DNA of 64,000 bases. Origin: Eledone cirrhosa. Its lineage: Eukaryota. Positions 54,140 through 64,000 of this stretch are shown piece by piece. The position numbers were made by a program, and so were the translations under genes. Location: contig OZ024741.1 of NCBI GenBank assembly GCA_964016885.1, forward strand, positions 387,624,001 to 387,688,000, given 5' to 3'. Positions within the stretch are counted from its first letter, which is position 1; every line of letters begins with the position of its first letter. Below the pieces are notes generated by a model. That model saw only the letters and a program-made list of their open reading frames with translations, ran no database searches and was not told the DNA's origin.

Positions 54140-54385
54140 AATAAAGCACTAGTAACGTACTGGTGTTAATTTAATTGACTTTCCTCTCCCGACAATTTGT
54201 TGGTATTGTGCCTAATTTAAAAAACTTTATTATTATTGTTGTTCAAATCTCACCGAGGTTAGCTTTGCCTTTGATCCTTATGGGGTTGATAAGATAAAGT
54301 CCTAGTAATGCACAAGGGTTGATTTAATTGACTTTCCCCTCCCCGAAAATTGTTGGCTTTGTGCCTAAATCAGAAACAATTTTTA
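54140..54385 (+). mobile_element. Two partial S1 SINE 3' halves in tandem
   Basis: Tail ttaattgactttcc..cccga..aatt.gttgg..ttgtgcctaa present twice; B box/core at 54241-54300. Confidence 0.7.
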
Positions 54386-54638
54386 TTGTTGTTGTTCTTA
54401 GAAATTTGAAAATATACTTTATAATGGAAAGACCATCTTAATTCAGGGTGTAATTACATTATTTCTATAGTTGTACATAATTTGCTTTTTTTTTTAATAG
54501 CAATATATATATATATTGGACTTTTGTATTGCTAAGGAAACACGGTATGTTTATAGCTAAACATTTAGAAAGCCGTAGCTATGCAAAAACACTGGGGACT
54601 ATCGCCCTCTGGTGGTGTCCAGCAGAAGCAAGGGGGAC

Positions 54639-54684
54639 AATTGTCATTGCATTTCGAACTTAACTGGTTCTCATCAGGACGATC
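54639..54684 (-). ncRNA. Type-I minimal hammerhead ribozyme, decayed (U16.1>A)
   Basis: Minus strand: gatcgtc-CTGATGA-gaac-cagttaa-gttc-GAAA-tgca-at-gacaatt. Confidence 0.75.
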
Positions 54685-54740
54685 CTTCCCACTCTTGCGA
54701 CTCGACTGTTTTCAAGTCCAGCAGTTGCAAGAGTGGTAGG

Positions 54741-54786
54741 GATCGTCTTGATGAGAAGCAGTTAAATTTGAAATGCATCAATGATT
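54741..54786 (+). ncRNA. Type-I minimal hammerhead ribozyme, decayed (C3>U, stem II mismatches)
   Basis: gatcgtc-tTGATGA-gaag-cagttaa-attt-GAAA-tgca-TC-aatgatt. Confidence 0.7.
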
Positions 54787-55538
54787 ATCCCCCTTGCTTC
54801 TACTGGAGACCACCAGAGGGCAATAGCCCCCCCCCCCCCCCGGTGTTTTTGAATAGCTACAACTTTCTAAATGTTTATCTATAAATATACTGTGTTTCTT
54901 TAGAAATACGAAATTCCAATACATATCTGTATACGGCTATCTTTGAAGCTAAATCCTAATTCTATATATATATATATGTATATATATATTAAAAAATACA
55001 GTCCTCGCTGTAATATGGTCGTGTAGGTAACACAGTAAAAAGCTCCCAGTCCACAATGTAAATATGGTTGGTGTTAGGGCATCCAGCCGTAGAAAACTGC
55101 CAAGTAGTCCTATACGAGTGAGACACGGTGACCCAACCAATCTTGCCTCAAATGGGACAATTCCCGTCTAACCCATGCTAACATGGAAGATAGACATTAA
55201 ACGATGATGATGATATATATATATATATATATATATATAGTTCAAAATGACAAACAAACGCAAGAGTCAATGGTACATAGTGTTATTAGCTTCACACTTC
55301 ATGTGAATGGGTGGGGGTTGTTTATATATATATATATATATAAAGTTTATTTTCTCTCTTAACATAGTGAATACCGAAGTTTATTTGTGATTGAATAATA
55401 ATATTATAACAATCTCATAATATTATTAATATTTGGTTTGTTATTATTATATTATTATTATTCACTCACCAATACATATGTGTGTGTGCGTGCACATAAA
55501 TATGTATGTATGTATGTATGTATATATGTATAGATAGG

Positions 55539-55612
<74 letters not shown>

Positions 55613-55644
55613 AAGATTTACATATACATAAAGTCACAGATATA

Positions 55645-56327
55645 TATGTGGCAACCGGTCACATCGTGGCTCAATGAAGAATTAATAAATTAAATAATCA
55701 GAGCAATATATCATAAATCATGTCCTTAGAATTATTAGATAAAATATATACCATTTCCTCTCCCAATTAGCATAATTAACCATATAAAAAAATCAATTAG
55801 ACCAGGCAATTGGGCGATATTTGGCTGCGCTTTCTAGCAACCAGCCTACCCGCCATAAGCAACTAATCACATTCTTTTTAACTTGACCACTGCCACGTCA
55901 CGATTCTTAGCCATTTTTTAATCTATTTTTGGCGCAATCGCTTTGGAAAATTAACTGTCTAACTGAGTTTGTCTCCTGAAGAGTCTGTTACTCGAGATTT
56001 ATCCTTAATAGGATATCAAAAAATACGGACAAAACCATGGTAGAGATGTAATTACGGTATATACACGTTTCTTCTAAGTTTAAATTTACACCTAATTGTG
56101 TATGGTTGACGGTTTATTTAGTCAGTTTCTACATGCTGTTGAAATGTTGGGTAAATACTCTATTGGGGTCACCGCGAAGAGCCTGCTTTCGGTTATTTAT
56201 CTAATATTTCTTCATAGGAGCCTTTATTCTTATAGCCTTGTCTAATTGATTTTTTATATGGTTTATTATGCTAATTGGGAGAGGAAATGGTATATATTTT
56301 ATCTAATAATTCTAAGGACATAATTTA

Positions 56328-56336
<9 letters not shown>
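55645..56336 (+). mobile_element. Inverted-repeat element in (TA)n, Penelope-like remnant
   Basis: About 104-bp inverted arms at 55706-55810 and 56232-56336; internal hammerhead. Confidence 0.75.
55971..56047 (+). ncRNA. Type-I hammerhead with long stem II (G12>A)
   Basis: gtctc-CTGAAGA-gtctgt..(tatcct taat aggata)..acggac-aAAA-ccatgg-TA-gagat; stems I, II and III all pair. Confidence 0.72.
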
Positions 56337-56366
<30 letters not shown>

Positions 56367-56547
56367 TGTGTGCGTGTGTATATATCATCATCATCATTTC
56401 ACTTCTGCTTTTCCCTGCTTGCAAGGGTATGTGTGTGTGTATGTGTACTAATAACAAATATTTGCTCTATGGCTTTATATATACTTTTACACATATATGC
56501 AATCCTTATTGAACCCTCTTCGGATTTTGGTGTTCATATTTAGAGAG

Positions 56548-57217
56548 AAACGAAGATTAGAGAGAAACGAAGCCTGCATGCTCCGATGGATGTGTAATAG
56601 TAATATACGTGAATGACAAAGCATAAATGAATTGAGAGAGAGACTGAGCATAAGAGGAATCAAATGCTGTGTGCAGGAGAGGCGGTTGCGTTGGTATGGA
56701 CATGTGATGCGTATGAAGGATGACAGCTGCATAAAAAGGTTCAGAGCACTAGAAGTCGATGGAAACCGCGGAGTGGAGAGACCCAAGATGACCTGGGATG
56801 AGGTGATAAAAGCCGACCTTACCCAATTACACCTCTCAAAGGCGATGACACACGACCGTGACCTCTGGCGTCACGCAGTAATACAGAGTACCCGACCTCC
56901 CATGGGTACATGCTGAAGCATATAAACAATATGCCCCCACTCCCCCCACCGCAAGGTGGTCGTGGAGGTGCCACGGCAAAAAAGCACCCAGCTCACACTG
57001 TAAAGTGGACGTGTAGGCGCCACGAAAAAGCACCCAGCACCCACTGTAAATAAGGTTGGTGTTAGGAAGGGCATCCAGCTGTAGAAATCAAGCCAAATAA
57101 TTTCCTGTATGAGCAAGGCATGGTCAGCCGACCAGACACTGCCCACAACAGGACAACCCGTCTAACCCATGCTAGCGTGGAAGAACGGATGTAAAACGGT
57201 GATGATGATGATGATGA
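56548..57217 (+). mobile_element. RTE family 1 3' fragment, near-identical to 1712-2350 in inverted orientation
   Basis: ORF 56632-56916 nearly identical to 2101-2430; same 3'UTR; (GAT)n tail. Confidence 0.93.
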
Positions 57218-57742
57218 TATTTATTATTACTATATATATATATATATATATTTATATAAATCAATATGGATACATAAACTGTGGGGGTTTGTGGGTGTAT
57301 GTGTGTATTTTAACCAAAGACATACTTTTGTGACCCTCAGACGTCCTAATTGTGGAATTGGTGCTGATATCAAAGAATTCTATGAGACCAGCAATGAATT
57401 ATACCCATTGACAGGAAAAGTGATTTATTTACAATGGCATGATCAGCTTTCCAGCAGTGCACACATGCATTTAAGATTTATTCTCACATCAACATTGTTT
57501 CTATATTAGGTCAAGATGGATGAAATATGTTTCCCATCATTTACTGTGCATACACACTCTGAAATAGGCACCCTAGCACCTCTGCAAATGTATCCTCACA
57601 TATATAGAGAACATACGCACCCATATATACACACAGATTTAGCCATTATGGAAGTATTTGAATGAGCAATTACATACCAAAAAACACAATATATATATAT
57701 AGATGATGATGATGATGATATATTTTTTTTTTTTTCCCACAG

Positions 57743-58487
57743 AACTCTCAAAATATGAAAGGACAAAATTTACAACAAGGGATGAGTCATTCTCCTCTGC
57801 AGCAAACACAAATTCATTCTTTTCCACCACAATCTCCAGCACAAGTGGACTTTACTTTATCTCCTTTAATGGAGCAACCATCTTCAATTCAGTCTTCTTC
57901 AGAACCTGGCAAGATCTCATTATCTCCTCCTCAGATGAAGATTTCTTCTAATAAATCTAATGTTTCTCCATCTTCATTGATTGGAGCTTATTGTCAACCA
58001 TTCCAACAACAAGTATCACCGCTGCTCACCAATTTAGGGCATGATATTTCTTCAACAGAACAACTCAGTGATATCCCTAATTCAGTGCATTCTACTACAG
58101 AGAGCTCTTTTAATTTTCCTCCGGATAACATAAATTTCGAGTACGATGCTTCCTTGTTCCAAAAGAAAGAAAATTTTGTGATTCCTGTTTACATCTATGA
58201 CTGTGCATTGTCAAGAATCACTGACTCCCTTGTTCACAAAAGTACTTTCACATTACCTGCTGATATCTATGAGGACCAACGGTTCCTTGTAAACTTTTAT
58301 CCAGGATATGAGCCCTTTTCTAAAGTATTCAACAATTTGGATATCCATGATGATAGCAGTGAAGGGGGTCGTCACAGCACAGCTTCTTTAGATCGACGTT
58401 CTAATGACAGCACTTCAGACTACCCTGGTGAATTCAAAAAACAGAAAGAGAAAATCATTGAAGTGTTTTGTAGTAGCTATGTTACTG
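57743..58487 (+). CDS. SZT2: SZT2-like exon E (S/P/Q-rich stretch, then FVIPVYIYDCALSRITDSLV...FCSSYVT)
   Basis: T-run + cccacag acceptor, gtgagt donor, 745 nt, phase 0 to 1. Forms the core of ORF 57755-58633. Confidence 0.9.
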
Positions 58488-58991
58488 GTGAGTTATTTAA
58501 CAGAGGGATATATTCATATTCTATTTTCTGGCTAATGTCTTGTAAATCCTATTTTATTTACCCTTTTGTTGTCATATTTGTAATGATAACCACTGCCTAT
58601 AATTATCAAATAATCAAGAATGGAAAGATTTAGCAAAATAGCTTTCTTATTATTAAGGTGGTGTTTTTAGCATAACTGAACAAAGGTTCTGATATAGAAT
58701 TATGATGGAAAATATTTAGATAAATATATACCCTTTACAACAAACAGTCGTTCGAGTTGGTTTGATATCAAAAGGTTTAAAGGCATTTACTCAAACAGAA
58801 TATGAGAATAGTAATCTCTTTACAGTTATGGTTCTCAGATAAAATTCTGTTGGACAATTTTAATTTAAGTAGAAATCCTTTTAAAACGGTTGGTTTTATT
58901 TCATAGAAACAGAGGTGGTTTTAGGTAAGTTTCTATGAAAACAGCTAGATTTTTCTCATTTACTAATTCTACATAACATGGTTTATTTTAG

Positions 58992-59235
58992 GAATTTTCC
59001 GTAATTTGACCGATCAACACTATGTAGACAAAATGGACATGGATGCAGCAGTGAATATATGTGAAGAATTGTTACCCATAGAAATTAACATTGTGAATTT
59101 CTTACATGCTACCTGTGGACATTTTCGACAAGCTATCACCACACTGAAACAGAATGCAGAGGAAGATGGTTCTTCTTTTTTAGGAAGTGGCTCTCCACGT
59201 AAATCAGCAGTCCGGTTTGCAGACAGCAGTGAAAG
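58992..59235 (+). CDS. SZT2: SZT2-like exon F (GIFRNL...DMDAAVNICEELLPIEINIVNFLHATCGH...)
   Basis: ttttag acceptor, gtgagt donor, 244 nt, phase 1 to 2. Strong similarity to recalled SZT2 '[28 protein letters not shown]'. Confidence 0.93.
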
Positions 59236-59295
59236 GTGAGTTATGTAATGTTGTCTGGTTTGTTTCCCTTCAAAATATGATGTAGAAGTGGAGAG

Positions 59296-59942
59296 TGGTA
59301 GGAAGGGTATTCAGCCATAGAAAACTTGCCAAGCAGAGGTGAGAGAATTCTTCAGTTGTGTCAGGGGCACAACAACCTCTTTAGTGTTGGTGCCATGATA
59401 AAATGCAACCAGTACGCTCTGTAAAATGGTTGGTGATAAGAAGGGTGTGTACCTGTAGAAAACTTTCCAAAACAAGGTTGAGCGGACTCTTCAGTTGTGT
59501 CAAAGGCACAACAAGCACCTTAGGTGCAATAATAAAACTAACTCTATACACTTTGTAAAGTGGTTGGTGATAAGTAGGGCATCTAACCATAGAAAACTTG
59601 TCAAACAGAATTGAGAAGACTCTTCAATTGTGTCAAGGGCATGATAACCTCCCTAGTCTTAGTGTCACAATAAAACATGTCAAGTACACTCTGTCAAGTA
59701 GTTGGTGATAGGAAGGGCATCTGGCCATAGAAAACTTACCAAATAAATGGATCAGAGAACTCTTCAGTTGTGTCAAAGACATGACAACCTCCTTTGGGCT
59801 GATAACACAATAAAATGCAGCCAGCACGCTCTGTAAAGTGAAGGAATGTATATATGCAAGATGTGGGCCCCAGTTAAGTACTGATTTAGTCTGTGATGAC
59901 CCGTCCAACTCTTGCTATCATGGGAAATGGACATTAAATGAT
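59296..59942 (+). repeat. About 4 tandem diverged copies of a ~137-bp RTE-3'UTR-like unit
   Basis: (g)aaggg...ccatagaaaact...tcttcagttgtgtca...ctgtaaagtggttggtgata recurs at about 59300, 59440, 59575 and 59711. Confidence 0.8.
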
Positions 59943-60130
59943 AATTATTTCTACTTTTGGCACAAGGCCAGCGATTATCCCAGTGCATTACTGGTACTTT
60001 ATTTTATCGACCCTGTAAGGATGAAAGGCAAAGTTAACCTCGGCGGGATTTGAACTCAGAATGGCAAGGGCCGTAACTCTATACGTCAAAGCATGGCGTC
60101 CGACCCTCTACCGATACTGCCAATCCACCA
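59942..60130 (-). mobile_element. tRNA-derived SINE S1, young subfamily
   Basis: Reverse complement nearly identical to 63271-63458; intact A and B boxes. Confidence 0.92.
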
Positions 60131-60169
60131 TGATGAAATGTATATGTAGAACCTCCAAAATTAATAAAG

Positions 60170-60325
60170 TGTAGCTGTATGGTTAAAGAGTTCATTTGCA
60201 ACCATCTGATTCTTGGGTCAGCCCTGCTGTGCAACACTTTGGGCAAGTATCTTCTACTATAGCCTTGAGTTGATCAATGTCTTGTGAGTGGAATTCAGTA
60301 AATGGAAACTGCAGAAGCCGATCGT
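60170..60325 (+). mobile_element. SINE S2
   Basis: gtagctgtatggttaaag head, gggcaagtatcttctactatagcc...gaaactgcagaagcc. Confidence 0.8.
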
Positions 60326-60484
60326 ATACTCTTTTACTCTTTTACCTGTTTCAGCCATCCGACTGAGGCCATGCTGGGGCACCAATATATATATATATAT
60401 ATATTGGTGCCCCAGCATGGCCTCATATATATATATATATATATATATTGGTGCCCCAGCATGGCCTCATATATATATATATAT

Positions 60485-60938
60485 GGGATAACAAGTTATC
60501 GTTAAAGGTAATCCAGTTAGAGGTTGTGAGTACTCTGTATTGTGGATAGTTCTAACGTACGGCGTTGTTTGACTCAACAAGAGGTTTCCTTATTTAGGTA
60601 GCGAGTTCGTGAGAATTCCTATGCAGGTTTATCTTGGAGTAATAATAGTGAAAGAGTGAAGAATAACATGGTCGTCTGTACAAAAAGGCTTTTATTTCTA
60701 GTATTAACAATTGTTTCATTGATCAGGTGAGTCTAAAGGCTATATATATACCAATGCCATATGTAAAACCTCCAGTATTCCGATGATTTGATCAGAGGCA
60801 AACACTGTATTTAAGGTTGAGTGACGCAACTTCGAGTGATTAGCAGCCTTTAGACTCACCTGATCAATGAAACAATTGTTAATACTTGAAATAAAACCCT
60901 TTTTGTACAGCCGACTATGTTATTCTTCAATCTTTCAC

Positions 60939-60942
<4 letters not shown>
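60485..60942 (+). mobile_element. Inverted-repeat element in (TA)n, Penelope-like remnant
   Basis: 96-bp inverted arms at 60646-60741 and 60845-60940; (TA)n on both sides. Confidence 0.78.
60771..60889 (+). ncRNA. Degenerate type-I hammerhead with long stem II
   Basis: tccagtatt-CcGATGA-t-ttgatcag...ctgatcaa-t-GAAA-caattg-TT-aatacttga. Confidence 0.6.
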
Positions 60943-60977
<35 letters not shown>

Positions 60978-61254
60978 TGATTATAATGGAGTATTCCACT
61001 ATTACTTTTGGAAAGGTGAGATAAGTTCAATGTACACTAAAAGTCCTCAGTGTATAAGGAATTTAAAAAAATATATATAAACCCATGCAAGCGTGGAAGA
61101 TGGCCGTTAAACGATGATGATGATGATATACTTTCAAAGTTCTTATTGAGGTCAGTATAGGTAGCAGAGCATTATTATTTAAAATGTAAAAAAACTAAGG
61201 TTAACAACTTAAATCCATTGTTTAACTATTCATATTGTAAACCAAGTAATACTA

Positions 61255-62970
61255 AATGGTGTTACACCGAATGATTGGTGCAACTACAAGGGTAAAGGAG
61301 ATGCACTAAATAGAGAAAACTATAGAGGCTTCAAGTTGATGAACCAGGTCATGAAAGTAACAGAAAGAGTTATAGCACAGCTGATTAGGGACTGGGTTAA
61401 ACTAGATGAGATGCAGTTCAGATTTGTGCCAGGTAAAAGCACTACAGATGCTCTCTTACTTGTGAAGCAGCTACAGGAGAAGTACAAACCATGTAAAGAG
61501 GAGCAGTCAGTAAAGTTAGGATTAACAATGACTGTAGCGAGGAATTTAGTGTGCAGGTTGGCATCCACCAGGGCTCTGTAGTTAGCCCTCTCCTATTTAT
61601 TATTGTTCTGCAGGCTATAACAGAGGTGTTTAAGACTGGCTGCCCATGGGAACTCCTGTATGTGAATGACCTTACACACATAGCTGAATCTATGGCAGAA
61701 TTAGAAAAGAAATTCCAAACCTGGAAGCATGGCCTAGAAACAAAGGGTCTTAAAGTCAACCTGACAAAGACTAAGATCCTAGTTAGTAGAAGGGAAAATA
61801 GAGCTCTGATCCCCTTTGCTCAATGTGAAGGAAAGGTGAAATTCCATCCTCTATTCCAAGGATACACAAGAAATGTAGTGGGATCTCAGGAAGTTTAGCT
61901 AAGGTTTTATATGTAGCCATTTCACCAGAGCAGTAAGCACCAAACAACCACAGAAAACAAGCGCTATCAAATTCTGGGAAGTAACCAGAGCGAGAACAGG
62001 ACGAAAGAAGTTCAGGGAGATACAATCACTGCTAGCTACAAAAGGCTTTTCCCTCAAAATGAGGGGTAGATTGTATGATGCATGTATACGAACAGCAATG
62101 TTGCATGGTAGTGAGGCCTGGGCACTGGGTGCAGAGGACTTGTGAAGATTGGTAAGAAATTAAGATTGCATGCTTTGATGGACATGAAATAGTAATATAT
62201 ATGAATGAAAAATTATAAACGAACTGAGAGAAATTAGTAATAAGAGGAATCAGATGCAGTGTGCAGGAGAGGAGAATGCGTTGGTATGGACATGTGATGT
62301 GTATGAAGGATGACAGCTGTATAGAAAGGTGCAGAGCACTCAAAATTGATGAAAGCTACGGAGTAGGAAGACCTGAGATGAGGTGATAAAAGCTGACCTT
62401 GCACAATTGCACCTCTCAAAGGTGACAACACAGGACCGAGATCTTTGGTGTTATGCAGTAATACAGAAGATCCACCTTCCCATGAGCACAAGCTGAAGTA
62501 TACATATAGTAATGCACCACCTTCACCTCCGCCCCCCTTCCATGCACTTCTCATGAGCACAGGCTGGAGCATACATTTAGTGTGCACCACCTTCACCTCC
62601 ATTTCCTTCCATTTACCTCCCACGTCCTGTCACTCTGCCACTCACACATATCCATATTCCCATCTCCCCAATCCCCACACACCTCTCCCACCAAAGTCCC
62701 CAGCCCACACTGAAAAGTGGTTGTGATGGCGACACGACAAAAAGCGCCCAGCCCACACTGTAAAGTGGTTGTGTAGGTGTCAACAAAAAGCACTCGGTAC
62801 TCACTGTAAATGTGGTTGGCATTAGGAAGGGCATCCAGGTGTAGAAACCAAGTCCAAAACAGTTCAGTATGAGCAAGACTTGGTCACCTGACCTGGCCTA
62901 TCTCACAACAGGACAACTCGTTTAACCCATGCTAACGCTGAAAAATGGACATTAAACGGTGATGATGATG
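61255..62970 (+). mobile_element. RTE family 1 copy with internal deletions
   Basis: NYKGKGDALNRENYRG, HQGSVVSPLLF, WYGHV remnants, 3'UTR, (GAT)n at 62960-62970. Confidence 0.9.
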
Positions 62971-63270
62971 TTTCTATACAGGTGATAATGGTACATACAT
63001 ATGCAAACAATAAGTTAATTGGAAACTGTTAATTGACAATTATTTACACCAAACATCATTCATATTACACCTGCATATCATCAGGAATTACAAAAAGGGG
63101 TAAAGTTTAACCAAATTCAACTTATCAGAATAGATATTATACCAAACATTCGGACATTGGCATACATTTAACGAAGACTGCACATGAAAACTTGCAAAGT
63201 TGTTAGAGATTGTGTTTATAGGTTGAGGTAAAAAGCATTACTTCATCATTTTAATATTATTAATATTTCT

Positions 63271-63458
63271 TGGATTGGCAGTATCAGTAGAGGGTCAGAC
63301 GCCATGCTTTGACGCATAGAGTTACGGCCCTTGCCATTATGAGTTCAAATCCCGCCGAGGTTAACTTTACCTTTCATCCTTACGGGGTCGATAAAATAAA
63401 GTACCAGTAATGTACTGGGTAATTGCTGGCCTTGTGCCAAAAGTAGAAACAATTATTA
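63271..63458 (+). mobile_element. tRNA-derived SINE S1, young subfamily
   Basis: A box tggcagtatcag, B box gagttcaaatcc; probable TSD atttcttg on both sides. Confidence 0.92.
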
Positions 63459-63797
63459 TTTCTTGTAATAGTTAGAAGAAAATTTATTGGTGGTTACATA
63501 TACAAAGAATATGAAAAGCAGGTAGTTCAGAGGCTATGGTAAGATTTTTGCATAAATAGATAAATATTATGTAGGAAACATGTAATTATCATGAATATTT
63601 GTCCAGTTTGAAGTTCAAATAAAAATATTTGATGATTATGGTAGTGCCCCAGCATGGTCTCAGTCTAATGACTTGGAAAATGCCATCTCCATATTTTCCT
63701 TAAAATGATCTCCTCCTCCTCCAAATGTCTTATGATAATTTTATTCCATCTTCAATATGTGAAATCCTTTTTAATCCCCCCGTCTCTGTTTGTCCAG

Positions 63798-64000
63798 GAA
63801 TATCGACCAGCCGTTGTTCCAGTTGCCCGCTGGCAGAGTACCAGTTCCGCTGGCACCAATGGAGGAAGGCTTCTCTTGTGAATACATTTCAGATTTGCAT
63901 CAGATCATTCCAACCAAATTTAAGGAGACAATGAGTACATGGTTCTTACCAGTACCAAATTGTCCAGGTTACTATTTCTACTGTCCTATTCAGTCAGGCT
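63798..64000 (+). CDS. SZT2: SZT2-like exon G, runs off window (...DLHQIIPTKFKETMSTWFLPVPNCPGYYFYCP...)
   Basis: tttgtccag acceptor, phase 2 matches the previous donor. Matches recalled SZT2 '[31 protein letters not shown]'. Confidence 0.92.

Larger units (their letters stand above)
54514..54921. mobile_element. 408-bp foldback element with hammerhead motifs (Penelope-like terminal repeat derivative?)
   Basis: About 190-bp inverted arms, about 20-nt loop (54703-54722), (TA)n at the left flank. Confidence 0.85.

Noticed and set aside
58488-58633. C-terminal hydrophobic tail of the 292-aa ORF as a standalone membrane protein
   Set aside because: Intron read-through past the gtgagt donor into a MITE.
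63271-63360. tRNA genes at A/B-box motifs
   Set aside because: No cloverleaf; they continue into the SINE core and tail, so they are SINE heads.

Overview
AT-rich eukaryotic genomic DNA. Its repeat content (RTE LINEs with (GAT)n tails, tRNA-SINEs, TTAA MITEs, (TA)n/(CA)n) suggests a cephalopod, most likely Octopus; this is an inference. The window lies inside one + strand gene that I recognise as SZT2 (KICSTOR scaffold). Seven GT-AG exons join in frame: 31845-31975, 33785-33942, 35341-35550, 53019-53365, 57743-58487, 58992-59235 and 63798-end. I found no exon in 1-31844. Introns contain decayed RTE LINEs, SINEs, MITEs and two large satellites (5.3 kb, 22/24-bp unit; 15.8 kb, 40/42-bp unit). 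Two observations stand out. (1) Both large satellites, plus a 4-copy incipient array, are tandem amplifications of the A-box head of tRNA-derived SINEs, and the two large ones share a 2-nt AG indel at the homologous site. (2) Three unrelated foldback elements at 54.5, 55.7 and 60.5 kb sit at (TA)n tracts and each carries a decayed type-I hammerhead ribozyme with a palindromic stem III, typical of Penelope-like elements. The 54.5 kb element has one hammerhead per strand. All alignments were done by eye.
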